A DNA stretch of 64,000 bases from IMG/VR virus record IMGVR_UViG_3300020577_002562, positions 64,001 to 128,000 of that record; one strand, written 5' to 3'. The notes beneath the pieces are model-generated. The model worked only from the letters and a program-made list of their open reading frames with translations, was not told the origin of the DNA and ran no database searches. How positions within the stretch are numbered: the stretch's first letter is position 1; each line of letters opens with the position of its first letter. The DNA is from a virus. Its lineage: Duplodnaviria > Caudoviricetes. A program made the position numbers and the translations under genes. This document shows, one piece after another, positions 8,715 through 18,797 of the stretch.

Positions 8715-9509
8715 TCAGGCCAACGCCTTGACTGCTAGACGTGCTGCTGACTTGAGTTGAGCAACCGTCTGCCAATCCAAGGTGCTGTGGAAGATCGAGT
8801 GTCGCATGCAGTCCTCGATTTCCGCCAGCTTCTTCTTGTCGGTCACACAAGTCGCTTCGGAGATGATCTTGGCATAGCCGGTCAGTTTCTGGTCTTTTGG
8901 AGCAATGATCGGCTTCAGGAACTTCGGATTGGAGATGTCCACGCCGGTGACGCCGAGCTTCACCAGGGCCGCATACGTCTTCGTGTAGGCCACCCGGCTC
9001 ACGTTGTCACCGTATATGAAGCCAACGATTGTCTGACTGGGAGACTCGTCCAGCCCCATCGACTTGGCGATGATGCGGAGTTGCTCGCTGCTGCAGGCCG
9101 CCAAGTCGATGATCTTGGCCGACTTGTGCGTCTTGTCGTTGCGGGACGGAGCAGCGTCCGCTGCGTGGACCGTGGACTTGGCGGACTTGACTGCCGTCTT
9201 GCCCTTCGTGACTGCCAGGGCGGCAGCGGCGAACTTCTTGAAGCTGGGGAACGTCTTGCCGGTGAGCGCACCCGCAGCGGCCCCGAAGCTGATCTTGTCG
9301 AAGTGTTCGAGAACAGCCGTCATCGACTTCTTCTCGCTACGTGCCCACATCACGAATGCCTGGTAGATGGAAGTCGGCGCGATCATCGAGAAGCCCAGGG
9401 ACGAGCGCGAGATGTAGAAGTTGACTCGTGCGTCGTTTTCCCAGCGAACCGTGATCGAGCAACGGTCGTGTTGCAGACGAGAAGCGACGGTGACGGGCAT
9501 ATATGACAT
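8715..9509 (-). CDS. hypothetical Lys/Ala-rich multidomain early protein
   Basis: GGAG RBS; strong GC3 codon bias; C-terminal HSTLDW motif. Confidence 0.7.
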   Translation of the reverse strand: MSYMPVTVASRLQHDRCSITVRWENDARVNFYISRSSLGFSMIAPTSIYQAFVMWARSEKKSMTAVLEHFDKISFGAAAGALTGKTFPSFKKFAAAALAVTKGKTAVKSAKSTVHAADAAPSRNDKTHKSAKIIDLAACSSEQLRIIAKSMGLDESPSQTIVGFIYGDNVSRVAYTKTYAALVKLGVTGVDISNPKFLKPIIAPKDQKLTGYAKIISEATCVTDKKKLAEIEDCMRHSIFHSTLDWQTVAQLKSAARLAVKALA

Positions 9510-9557
9510 GATGTACTCCGATTGACAGTGGTTGACGGTGGGCGGATTGAACGGCGC

Positions 9558-9875
9558 TTACTTCATGCGCAGGCCGGTGACGTGGCACAGATCGCCGGTC
9601 TTGAGCGGGCCGACGGTGCAAGTCGCGCTGTGAGTCAGCACGTCGATTGCTTCTTGCGGAGAAATCAGCCCGGATTCCATTTGTCGGTAGACCGAGCGGA
9701 ACAGGGCACAAATGCGCACGTTGTTGACTTCGCGCATGATCCGCTCCAGGTCGGCCAGCAGACGTTCGTCATCGTGTTCGGCCTCGATCTTCCGCGCCGT
9801 GTGCCAGACAAAGTTGTCGGCCAGAATGATGTGGGCGCCGGTGATCGGCTTGGCAGAATGGGAGACATTGGACAT
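9558..9875 (-). CDS. hypothetical protein, first gene of the early run
   Basis: GGAG RBS, downstream of the sigma70-like promoter. Confidence 0.6.
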   Translation of the reverse strand: MSNVSHSAKPITGAHIILADNFVWHTARKIEAEHDDERLLADLERIMREVNNVRICALFRSVYRQMESGLISPQEAIDVLTHSATCTVGPLKTGDLCHVTGLRMK

Positions 9876-9971
9876 GGTGGTTGCTCCGGGTGGTTCGGGT
9901 AGAAAGGGGCATTCGGATCGCCGTCGAAAATGTAACGATTTGTAACAGACGGTCGGCTACTCCGTGATTCT

Positions 9972-10000
9972 ATTTTAGCACAATCTGGCCGACCATGCAA
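9972..10000 (-). promoter_or_regulatory. sigma70-type early promoter
   Basis: Minus strand TTGCAT-17 nt-TAAAAT with an extended -10 TG, about 100 bp upstream of the early gene run. Confidence 0.7.
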
Positions 10001-10168
10001 GTGCAGATTGTGCAGCGCAGCATGCCTTGTTACAAAACTGACATCAATTTTTTCACTCGTAGAACAGCCCCAAAATCACCCAATTTCTGCGCCATACGCA
10101 GTCAGTCTGCATATGTCTACTTTACAGCGTGCGCCCAGCAATCGGAAAATTACCAGGAATTGCGATAG

Positions 10169-10177
10169 CTAATTTCA
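10169..10177 (+). promoter_or_regulatory. candidate late promoter CTAATTTCA
   Basis: Intergenic, about 75 bp upstream of the head operon; the motif recurs before other late genes. Confidence 0.55.
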
Positions 10178-10252
10178 CTGTGTCCGCCACGGAAGACCAG
10201 TGCACGGTCAATCGTCGGCGAACATTTCGTCATTCCACAGGAGCCCTAAGAT

Positions 10253-11656
10253 ATGCGCAAGCAACTTGCACTAGAGCGGGCCTCGGTTGTCAGCGCCGCT
10301 GCAAAAGACGGTGACTTGATCGTAATTGCGTCGGCGGAGCCGAAGTACGATCCGAAGGTCGCAACTGCATCGTATCACTGCACCCAGTGCAAGACGGTGT
10401 TTGCGTCCTTGGCGAACTTCCAACCGTTCTGCATCACATGCGGAATGGATGCTGTCGACCCAGTAAGCGAGCAACAAGAGGTTACGCTTCCACCCACCGA
10501 CGAAACCATGTGCGTGAGTACGTGTGATTCGTGCGATGCCAACACGATGATCCCGGTCCACCACGCCAAAGCGTTGTCTGGTTTGATGCACTGCGCAGCT
10601 TGCGGTGCGCAGATCACCTACGCGATGGACGGCGAAGAACCCACGTTGCTGGACGCAGCGGACGAAGACGATCTGCATCAGATCGAAGCAACGGCTGAGA
10701 AGGCTGAGAAGGCTGACACTTCGTTGCCGACTGATCCGCCTGAAGTCATCGACCAGGCGAACGACGATGACGTGATTGAGATGGTCGAAGCCTCCGACGA
10801 TTCGTTGGACGACGCGGGGCAACAATCCCCATTGGATGATGCGATGTCAGAAGATGACGTTGCTACCAACTCTGATCCTGCGGCCGGTGCCACTGATCTG
10901 CAAGTGGCTGCGATTGCCGGTGCCAAGGACGGCGACATTCAACTGTGCAAGCTTGGTGACGCCACGATGGCTTTTGTGGGGGAGACGCATGTCGCCACTC
11001 TCCACAAGTCGGACATGAGTCCTGAAGTTGCTGCGCTCGATCTGGCATCGCTGCAAGATGCGGTGATCCACAGCACTGAACGTGAAGGACTGCGTGCTAC
11101 GCTTGCGGCCCTTGGCTTTCAGCTTGCGAAAGTGAAGTTCTCTGTCAAGAAGACTGTCAAGGCGGCGCTGGAAACTCAGCTCAAGTCTGAGCGTTCGGCA
11201 ATCGAACAAGCCTCGGCGAAGATGCAAGAGCGTTTCGAGCAATCGCTGAAGCTGGCCGCGATGGCAATCGCCCGCAACGCAGCGCCAAAGACCTACGTGA
11301 ATCCGATCCGCGATTCACTGGTCGAAACGTTGGCGTCAGCGGGTGTGCAATCGCCTAAGCATGTGGTTGACACAGCGCTGGCGACTTCGCTTGATAGCTA
11401 CAACCGAAACCTGATTCAGTACGCAACTGAGTTGTTCTCCAAGAGCGACGAGGTTCGCAACGAACTGGCAGCGACCATCGGGAACGTAGGCATCTACCAA
11501 GAAACCTCTTCGGAACAAGACGGCACAGTTCTGCCGTTCAGACCAGCAAGCTCTGGTGAAAAACCAGGGAAAACCTCAGCGACTGCGGCAGTGAACACTG
11601 TACGTGCGTCAGCGGTAGCAAGTGTTCGTGGCACATTCGGGCGTGCCGCCCTGTAA
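10253..11656 (+). CDS. putative prohead scaffolding/core protein
   Basis: Four CxxC pairs, acidic linker and coiled-coil C-terminus; upstream of the capsid genes. Confidence 0.55.
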   Translation: MRKQLALERASVVSAAAKDGDLIVIASAEPKYDPKVATASYHCTQCKTVFASLANFQPFCITCGMDAVDPVSEQQEVTLPPTDETMCVSTCDSCDANTMIPVHHAKALSGLMHCAACGAQITYAMDGEEPTLLDAADEDDLHQIEATAEKAEKADTSLPTDPPEVIDQANDDDVIEMVEASDDSLDDAGQQSPLDDAMSEDDVATNSDPAAGATDLQVAAIAGAKDGDIQLCKLGDATMAFVGETHVATLHKSDMSPEVAALDLASLQDAVIHSTEREGLRATLAALGFQLAKVKFSVKKTVKAALETQLKSERSAIEQASAKMQERFEQSLKLAAMAIARNAAPKTYVNPIRDSLVETLASAGVQSPKHVVDTALATSLDSYNRNLIQYATELFSKSDEVRNELAATIGNVGIYQETSSEQDGTVLPFRPASSGEKPGKTSATAAVNTVRASAVASVRGTFGRAAL

Positions 11657-11674
11657 CAATCTCGGAGATCATCC

Positions 11675-12364
11675 ATGATTCTTTTCCCTAACACCAAGAT
11701 CATTGAGGCGGTGGAGCGTCCTGTAGCTTCTGGACAAACCGTTGACCAAGAAGGTCGTGCTCTCGTAGGTCTGCTGACGGCTGGCGTCTTTGGCGTCAAG
11801 TTCGCAGCGGGTTCCGGTTCGGAGTCGTTCGTCGGCGTGTCGGTCAATACACCGGCGGTGCTGACGCGCATTCCGATCATCGAAGACAAGGTGCAGTCGT
11901 CTGCCAACACCATCGTCATCTCGCAAACACCTAGTGCTTCGACGCTGCGTGTGCAGAACATGACGACTGGTACAGTGCAGGCCGCTGGCAACCCCAGCAA
12001 CGCGAACGAGTACAGCATCAGCGGTACCACGATCACGTTGAACTCGGCCGGTACAGGCCAGTCGATCCGCGTGTGGTACGCCTACGCGCCGACAACCGTG
12101 CAAGCCGTGGCGCTGTTCGGCAATACGCATCCAGGCGGCCAAGCTGGTCTGGTGCTCGGCCAAGTGGGCGTCATCACTCGTGGTGACGTGTACACTTGCG
12201 AGTTTGACACCACGCAAGACTGGGTCACTGGTGGCACGGTCAAGCTGGCGGCGAACGGTCTGTTCACCTTGACTGGTGGCGGCAACTCCCTCACCAACGT
12301 GTCGATCATCAGTGTGCCGTCCATCGGCTCTGGTGTGCCGGCCCTTGGCCTCCAAATCCGCTGA
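11675..12364 (+). CDS. putative head decoration/cement protein
   Basis: Beta-rich, Gly/Thr-rich; directly upstream of the major capsid gene; strong codon bias. Confidence 0.55.
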   Translation: MILFPNTKIIEAVERPVASGQTVDQEGRALVGLLTAGVFGVKFAAGSGSESFVGVSVNTPAVLTRIPIIEDKVQSSANTIVISQTPSASTLRVQNMTTGTVQAAGNPSNANEYSISGTTITLNSAGTGQSIRVWYAYAPTTVQAVALFGNTHPGGQAGLVLGQVGVITRGDVYTCEFDTTQDWVTGGTVKLAANGLFTLTGGGNSLTNVSIISVPSIGSGVPALGLQIR

Positions 12365-12382
12365 TAGACGAGGTAACCAGCA

Positions 12383-13456
12383 ATGAAGACGATTTCTTTC
12401 CGCAACCCTGTAGTCGCTACTGAACTGCGCTCGAACGGCGGCCGTGGCTCCCGTTTCGTCGGAGCGAATGGCGAACTAAACGCTTCGTCGAAGAAGGAAC
12501 TGCTTCAGCAAATCACCGCATTTGCGCAAGCCGTTTCGGAACACGGCGCTGTGACTGAAGAAACCGCTGCCGAGCGTGCCGAACTGGCGTCCCGCCATCG
12601 TGAAGCGCTGATGGCTGCGTTCCACGACAACGGTGCTCACCGTGAACTGGGCGAAGTGATGGCCGACGAGCTGTATCAAGCAGCGAACCGTTCGGGCTTC
12701 ATGCGCCGTCTGCTGGCGAAGCAAGATCTGAAGCAAGGTCAGTTCCCTCAAGTGCGCATGCGCATGAAGGACGTAACGGCTGTGGTCGCCAGCTCGCCTG
12801 TGACGGTGTTCGCGCAACTCATCCGTGACAACCTGTACACTCCGCCAGAGTTCTACATTACGGCCCGTCCGTTCGTGGAACAGCGCGAAATCGAGCAGTC
12901 GCTCGGTGACGTTCTGGAAGAGAAGTACCTGGAAGGTCTGGAAGGCGGCATGGTCGCTGAAGACCGTGTGTGGCGCAACATGGCCCTGCAGACAGTGAAC
13001 GTGGCGAACCCACTGACGCTGTTCAGCGGTACCATGAACGTCGCCGGTCTGAACACCCTGCGCAACCAGGTCTCTGGTTGGGGTCTGAGTGCTCGGACTT
13101 GGCTGCTCGCCAACGATCTGTGGACAGACGTTGCCTCGGAAACGACATTCCAAAACGCCCTGGACCCCGTCAGCCAGCATGAACTGCTGATGACTGGTCT
13201 GATGGCGCGCCTGTACGGCATGGAGATCGTGTCCGATGCGTTCCGTCATCCGCAGCACAAGGTGCTGGATCAGGGTGAAATGTTCGTGGTGGCCGACCCG
13301 GTCACCCACGGCATGTACACTGATCGCGGCGGTATCGTGTCGAGCCCAATCGACATCACCACAGAACGTGTGCCGGGCCGTGGATGGGTAATGACGGAAA
13401 CCATGTCGATGGTGATCGCCAATGCCCGTTCCGTCGCACGCGGTTCGCGTTCGTGA
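12383..13456 (+). CDS. major capsid protein (HK97 fold)
   Basis: 357 aa, very strong codon bias, GAGG RBS, downstream hairpin, HK97-like C-terminal GLMARLYGMEIV segment, position in head module. Confidence 0.8.
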   Translation: MKTISFRNPVVATELRSNGGRGSRFVGANGELNASSKKELLQQITAFAQAVSEHGAVTEETAAERAELASRHREALMAAFHDNGAHRELGEVMADELYQAANRSGFMRRLLAKQDLKQGQFPQVRMRMKDVTAVVASSPVTVFAQLIRDNLYTPPEFYITARPFVEQREIEQSLGDVLEEKYLEGLEGGMVAEDRVWRNMALQTVNVANPLTLFSGTMNVAGLNTLRNQVSGWGLSARTWLLANDLWTDVASETTFQNALDPVSQHELLMTGLMARLYGMEIVSDAFRHPQHKVLDQGEMFVVADPVTHGMYTDRGGIVSSPIDITTERVPGRGWVMTETMSMVIANARSVARGSRS

Positions 13457-13464
13457 TAGCTAGT

Positions 13465-13480
13465 AGGGGCTTCGGCCCCT
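13465..13480 (+). terminator. GC-rich hairpin after the capsid gene
   Basis: AGGGGC-TTCG-GCCCCT; no U-tract. Confidence 0.5.
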
Positions 13481-13510
13481 CCACTGTCTAACCGGTAGAG
13501 GAACAGGCAC

Positions 13511-14029
13511 ATGAAGACATACTCCCGACCACTCGATCTCTTGATCCAAGCTGCGGCGTTTGCCAAGGCCGGTGACACAGAGAAGGCTGCTGTGAAGCTC
13601 ATCAAGGCGACACAAGAGCCGGACTTCGACGACTCCATCGATCAACTGAACGAGATGCAGGACGACAACCTGCAACAGCAGCAACAGCAAGTGCAGGGCT
13701 CGGTTCGTAAGAACAACGCTCAAACACTGGCGCGAGCCCTGGCGCGGCTGCAACGTGGCAAGTCGGCAAAGGCTGATCTGCAAGATGATCAGCTTGATCA
13801 ATCCGACGAAGAGCTGGATCTTGGCCTCGATGAACAGGCCGGCATCGATGACATGGACTCGGATACCGTCGCCGACGAGGACGAGTTCACCATCGAAACC
13901 GCTGGTGACGATGACGACCAGGATCAAGAGGACGACCAGCAGCAACAAGACAAGCAACAGCAGCAGTCTAGCGTGCGTCGTGCACGCGCCTCTGCCAATG
14001 CGCGTCTGCTGCGATCCTCGAAGAAGTAA
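13511..14029 (+). CDS. acidic, Gln-rich putative internal head protein
   Basis: Low-complexity D/E/Q centre with a basic C-terminus; follows the capsid gene. Confidence 0.6.
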   Translation: MKTYSRPLDLLIQAAAFAKAGDTEKAAVKLIKATQEPDFDDSIDQLNEMQDDNLQQQQQQVQGSVRKNNAQTLARALARLQRGKSAKADLQDDQLDQSDEELDLGLDEQAGIDDMDSDTVADEDEFTIETAGDDDDQDQEDDQQQQDKQQQQSSVRRARASANARLLRSSKK

Positions 14030-14047
14030 ACCAGCATCACGGCAATA

Positions 14048-14084
14048 GCAGGGGCCTACCGGAACTACGCCGGTCGGCCCCTGC
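14048..14084 (+). terminator. long intergenic hairpin
   Basis: GCAGGGGCC-T-ACCGG...CCGGT-C-GGCCCCTGC. Confidence 0.5.
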
Positions 14085-14105
14085 CCACATTGATTGGCGA
14101 ATTTC

Positions 14106-14756
14106 ATGAAACTACCACGCATGACACTTGTAGGGTCTGTGCAACGGTTAGCAGAAGTCTTCAAGTTGAAGCCTACTCAGATACTGCTGACCAACGCTAA
14201 CGACCGGACTCGACGCTTGAAGGAACTGGCAGACAAGGCAATTGGATCAGTGCCTGCAGAATTCCCGCGTGTCTTCGTGGTACCGACGACCATTGCCTAT
14301 GTACCAGATACTTCAGGGTATAGAGCCCGACAACTGAAGCGAGTTGGCGTCTACACCCAAGGCACAGACAATGCCACCGCTCTGATGCGCAAGGAGTTCA
14401 TACCTGTACAGATCGGTGCCAATCTGTTCTACCAAGACGACAACTTTGATCGAGCAGTGGAATTCGGGGTGACTTGGTTGTCGGAAGTGGTCGTCAGCAG
14501 TCGCTTGAACTTCACACTTGAGTATGGCGCCATACCAGTGGACATCAAGGTGACATCGGAGTCTACGAGCATTGACATGCCAGAGTTGGACGCTACAGCG
14601 GAAAACCCAACACCGTTCTATGAGATGGCCCTGAGCTTCCAGATCAACGGATATGGAGAGGCGAATGTAGACGACGCCAATGCTATGGTTCCGATCATCA
14701 GGAGCTCAGAAATCAACGTCAGCTACGAGACTGTAGCTGGTAACCCACAAGCTTAA
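14106..14756 (+). CDS. putative neck/tail terminator protein
   Basis: Position between head and sheath genes, size; function inferred from position only. Confidence 0.4.
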   Translation: MKLPRMTLVGSVQRLAEVFKLKPTQILLTNANDRTRRLKELADKAIGSVPAEFPRVFVVPTTIAYVPDTSGYRARQLKRVGVYTQGTDNATALMRKEFIPVQIGANLFYQDDNFDRAVEFGVTWLSEVVVSSRLNFTLEYGAIPVDIKVTSESTSIDMPELDATAENPTPFYEMALSFQINGYGEANVDDANAMVPIIRSSEINVSYETVAGNPQA

Positions 14757-14770
14757 CAGGAAACCATATC

Positions 14771-15193
14771 ATGGGTGCTCCAATCATCACAGACACACCA
14801 ACTGGTTTCCAGCAGGTTAACGCATTACAGACCATCGATAGTGCGATGATCTTGGACCTTAAGTGCAGCATGGCTAACGACCGTATGCTCAGAAACGTCT
14901 TGAGCACCCGGGTCGGAGTCAAGTCTGACACCCAGACACACCACGAAATATCGTTCATCCTGGCGGCAGTCACCAGTGGGCCAAACAACTTTCTGACGCA
15001 TGCGCTTCCCGCTTCTGCTAAGGCTCTGGTGATCGTCAGCAATCGTGATGTTCAGGTCAGCATCACCAATGGCAACGGCACTCTCAATCTTGGCGTCGGT
15101 ACCCTGTTCGTCTTTACCAGTAATTTGACAAGTGTGACGGTGACAAACACTGAGAACGCTGGCACCGCTGAGGTGTCGCTTGTGTCGATCTAG
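14771..15193 (+). CDS. putative virion structural protein
   Basis: AGGA RBS; beta-rich. Confidence 0.55.
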   Translation: MGAPIITDTPTGFQQVNALQTIDSAMILDLKCSMANDRMLRNVLSTRVGVKSDTQTHHEISFILAAVTSGPNNFLTHALPASAKALVIVSNRDVQVSITNGNGTLNLGVGTLFVFTSNLTSVTVTNTENAGTAEVSLVSI

Positions 15194-15211
15194 AACCCTG
15201 GAGCCTAATCT

Positions 15212-15394
15212 ATGATCTACGTCGTTAACAACAACCCGCACATGGTAGACGTACCATTTGTGGATCAGGCCGGAGAACGGCACGAGGTTGCCGTGATGCC
15301 CAAGTCACGTCTGCCGGTCAAACAAGCAGACTGGAAGCCCGTCGATCTTCCGGCACAAGTGTCTGTCATTGACGATCAACCTGTAGGTGAGTGA
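15212..15394 (+). CDS. small protein upstream of the sheath gene
   Basis: GGAG RBS; GTGA overlap with the sheath gene. Confidence 0.55.
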   Translation: MIYVVNNNPHMVDVPFVDQAGERHEVAVMPKSRLPVKQADWKPVDLPAQVSVIDDQPVGE

Positions 15395-17334
15395 GCATGG
15401 CTTTGAACTACTTTAGCTCCAACACGTACCTCGAAGAGCGTGATCTCAGCCGCGAGTTGTCGGTTGTTGAAACGTCAACGGGTGCCATCGTGTACGTAGG
15501 TTCTCGTGGTCGGCTGGAACCACAGTTCTTCACGTCGGATCAGGAGTGGCTAGACTACAATGGCTCTCCTGATCCGACAGTCTCGTTCGCGCCGTATTGC
15601 GCTCGCCGCTTCATGCGGTCCAGCGCAAGTCTGTGGGCCGTTCGCGCTGTAGGCACCGGTTACAGCTTCGGCGGTGTGTTCCTGTGGAAGCCTGCAGCCA
15701 CGCCGATTGCGCTGGCGGCCGATACGGAATCCGATCCACGCACCGGAAACATTGACTGGGTTGCTGGCGGATCTGCAACGCTGGACCTGCAAAATGTGGT
15801 GTACTTCTACGCAGACGGTCCAGGCTCATACAGTTCGCAACTGTCCATCGAAATCAAGAGCAAGAATCTGGCAGTACCAAGTGGCCTGACTGCTGTCGAT
15901 GCTGGAACAGTCACTCTACCTGCAGGTGTCGTGTCTACTGGTACACTTGGCGCCGGCACTTACAGCTACCGCGTATCCGCTTTCAATGAAGTAGGTGAAA
16001 CACTTGCTTGTGTGGCCTTCACTGTAGTAATCTCGGGCTCCAACAAGTCGGTATACATTGCACTGCCTGCAGTCGAGTTCGTCAGTGGCTACAAGATCTA
16101 TGGGCGCACTGGCGGATCAGAACTTCTTATAGCTACCGTCGGCATGACGGACGGCTACTACATTGATCGCGGAACCATCACACCTGCAGGTGTTGTTCCT
16201 GTGGCACAGACATTCACATCTCAGTTCACTGTGAATGTGTATGACTCGACGATCTCTACGTCTCGGGCTGTGGAAGTGTTCGAGTGCAGCCTTACGAGTC
16301 AAGTTGACGGTTACGGTCAACAGATGGAAATCGAAAGCCGCATCAATGGGCAGAGTCGATTCATTCGATGCGCTAACCATGCGGCTTCCTTCATCTCGAT
16401 TCCAACGGTCTATTCCATCACGAAGACAGCGATGGCGTCCGGATCATCTGGGGCGGCAGTGACCAATGCGCAGATCGCGGCGGCTTGGGACAACTTTGCG
16501 GACGTTGACCGCTATGACATCCGTTTGCTGATCAATGGTGGGTACACCAGTTCGACAGTACAACTTGCTATGCTCACCCTGGCGACAAGTCGCGGTGACG
16601 CATTCGCCATCTTGGATACGCCACCTACGCAACAGACAATGCAAGGTGCACTAGACCATCGTCGAGTGACGCTGAACACCACATCCAATCGTGGTGCTCT
16701 GTACACACCTGATGTGTTGATCGCTGACGAATTCACTGGTAAGCAACTGTACATCCCACCCTCTGGCGACGTGGCTGGCGTGTTTGCTTACACCGACCGC
16801 ACGACGTATCCGTGGTACGCACCTGCTGGTCCGAATCGTGGTCTAGTCAGTGTAGAAGGCATTCGCACCAAGTACAACCAGAATGAGCGTGACGAATTGC
16901 AGAAGGGGCAAGTGAATTACTTGTTCTCGGCACCTGGACTTGGCATCAGCGTCTGGGAAGCAAGAACGCTGCAAGCCACGCTGTCGGCCTTCTCGTTCAT
17001 CAACGTGCGGCGTCTGGTGGACAACATCGGCATTGCGGCACGTCGCTCGGAGCGTGCGTTCCTGCAAGAGCCGAACGATGACTTCACACGGTTGCAGGTC
17101 AAGACTACGCTTGAACGGTATCTGGAAATCGTCAAGCAGAGTCGTGGCATCTCCAACTACCTGGTTGTGGTGGACAGCCGCAACAACCGACCGATAGTAA
17201 CTGCGAATGGGCTGCTGGTGGTTGACATCATCATCACTCCGATCCTGCCAGCGGAGAAGATTCTGATCCGTCTGAACGTCACTCGACAAGGTGTGAACCT
17301 TGAAGAGTTGGTGGCAAACGGCGCTCTCAATTGA
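15391..17334 (+). CDS. contractile tail sheath protein
   Basis: PPSGDVAG, PWYAPAGPNRG, INVRRL and EPND motifs of gp18-type sheaths. Confidence 0.92.
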   Translation: MSMALNYFSSNTYLEERDLSRELSVVETSTGAIVYVGSRGRLEPQFFTSDQEWLDYNGSPDPTVSFAPYCARRFMRSSASLWAVRAVGTGYSFGGVFLWKPAATPIALAADTESDPRTGNIDWVAGGSATLDLQNVVYFYADGPGSYSSQLSIEIKSKNLAVPSGLTAVDAGTVTLPAGVVSTGTLGAGTYSYRVSAFNEVGETLACVAFTVVISGSNKSVYIALPAVEFVSGYKIYGRTGGSELLIATVGMTDGYYIDRGTITPAGVVPVAQTFTSQFTVNVYDSTISTSRAVEVFECSLTSQVDGYGQQMEIESRINGQSRFIRCANHAASFISIPTVYSITKTAMASGSSGAAVTNAQIAAAWDNFADVDRYDIRLLINGGYTSSTVQLAMLTLATSRGDAFAILDTPPTQQTMQGALDHRRVTLNTTSNRGALYTPDVLIADEFTGKQLYIPPSGDVAGVFAYTDRTTYPWYAPAGPNRGLVSVEGIRTKYNQNERDELQKGQVNYLFSAPGLGISVWEARTLQATLSAFSFINVRRLVDNIGIAARRSERAFLQEPNDDFTRLQVKTTLERYLEIVKQSRGISNYLVVVDSRNNRPIVTANGLLVVDIIITPILPAEKILIRLNVTRQGVNLEELVANGALN

Positions 17335-17348
17335 ACTGAGGACATGAC

Positions 17349-17864
17349 ATGGCACGGTTGAATCTCTCTCAAGCGCAGAGTATTACTGATCCGTTCATCA
17401 CGCATGATTGGAACATCATCTTCACCAGCATCCCAGGTGCTGCTGGACTCGATCTACGCCAGTTGTCGATGCGTGCGCAGACCTCTTCGATCCCTGGTAT
17501 CACGGTTGAACCAACCGTAGTGGCGCTCAAGGATGTCGAAGTCAGTTTCGCATTGCGTCAGACGTGGCCAAAGACGTTGTCCTGCACCTTCTTGGAAGTG
17601 CGCGATATGACCACGCGCGATGCTTTCTTGGCGTGGGCCAAGTTCGCAAAGAACATGCGGACTGGAGTAGGTGCGTACAAGTCCGAGTACGCAATTGACG
17701 TGATCATGGAACTGTACGATGCGACGGACAGTGTGATCCGTATCGTCAAACTACTCAGCGCCTGGCCATCAGAAGTTGGTGAGCTTGGGCTTGAGAGCCC
17801 TGGTAATCCTGGCTACCTGCCAGTGACGTTCACCTATGATGCCACCGACGAGAACGGAGAGTAA
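17349..17864 (+). CDS. tail tube protein (T4 gp19-like)
   Basis: Follows the sheath gene; AWPSEVGEL..., VTFTYD motifs. Confidence 0.85.
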   Translation: MARLNLSQAQSITDPFITHDWNIIFTSIPGAAGLDLRQLSMRAQTSSIPGITVEPTVVALKDVEVSFALRQTWPKTLSCTFLEVRDMTTRDAFLAWAKFAKNMRTGVGAYKSEYAIDVIMELYDATDSVIRIVKLLSAWPSEVGELGLESPGNPGYLPVTFTYDATDENGE

Positions 17865-18044
17865 ATCATGCACACTATGCAGACCACTAGACAAGAACTT
17901 GCTTTGATCAAGGGCTCTGACAAGTACTCCTGGTGTACGTACAAGGGCAAACGCGTAGTGCTCGTGTCCGGCTTCCCACATGGATACCAGTTCACGCGAT
18001 CAAGTTCCAGATAAGGTCTGGGATTGGATTCAGGATAATCTCAG

Positions 18045-18758
18045 ATGAGCCTACTCGACACACTGTTGTCTCACCCAACAGTGCTGCGAACCAAGCTACC
18101 GAATCCGCTGCCGCCAGGGCTTCAATCAAGTGTGCGGAAGCTGAATACGAACGTAGAGAAGGTTCGCGGCGCTATTGAGACAGTCAAACGCGCGATTGAC
18201 GGTAGACCAGATATACCCAGTCAGAAACTGGTAGAGCCTGGTGCGACATGGAAGATGGTTGCGGAGCGCGAAGATCCGCAATTCAACTTCAACTGGGACG
18301 TCTTTCTGCTGGTCAATGGTTTGAGCTTTGATCTTGGACCCTACATCGAAGAGGTACAACTGCCGTCCGTATCGATCCAGAGTCAAGAAGTCTTCCGTGA
18401 AGGACAGATGATTCCGCACGGAGAGCACGAGAACGTAGGCGATGTGTCGTTACGCGTCTACGAGGATGTGAACCAATCGGCCATGCGGTTCTTCCGTCGT
18501 TGGAAGATGATGATCCGCACACCAGAAGGTCATTACGCCACGACAGCAGAGTACATGGGAACTCTGATCCTGTACACGAAGGACCAGACTGGCAAGCGAA
18601 TCGCCAGCTACATCTGTTCAGACGTGTGGCCGACCACCATTGGTGGATACACATGGGCTAGTGGACAAGGCGAACGACAGATTCTGGACGTAACGCTATC
18701 GGTAGCCAAGTTCGCTATCCGTGACATTGGAGAAAAACCAGACCCAGTGAACTTCTAG
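18045..18758 (+). CDS. tail-tube-like baseplate protein (gp54/gp19-like initiator)
   Basis: VSLRVYED, RRW, DVWPTTIGG tube-family motifs. Confidence 0.65.
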   Translation: MSLLDTLLSHPTVLRTKLPNPLPPGLQSSVRKLNTNVEKVRGAIETVKRAIDGRPDIPSQKLVEPGATWKMVAEREDPQFNFNWDVFLLVNGLSFDLGPYIEEVQLPSVSIQSQEVFREGQMIPHGEHENVGDVSLRVYEDVNQSAMRFFRRWKMMIRTPEGHYATTAEYMGTLILYTKDQTGKRIASYICSDVWPTTIGGYTWASGQGERQILDVTLSVAKFAIRDIGEKPDPVNF

Positions 18759-18797
18759 AACAGACCATAAACCATTTCTTAACCCACGAGGGTAGCT

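Noticed and set aside
5694-9506. Long plus-strand ORFs (5694..6641, 7016..7972, 8757..9506)
   Set aside because: Antisense shadows of coupled, RBS-bearing minus-strand genes with biased codon use
10271-14164. Long minus-strand ORFs opposite the head genes
   Set aside because: Shadow frames of highly biased structural genes, with no recognisable motifs
17868-18014. 48-aa ORF after the tail tube gene
   Set aside because: Plausible start but no recognisable motif; cannot tell a small gene from a remnant
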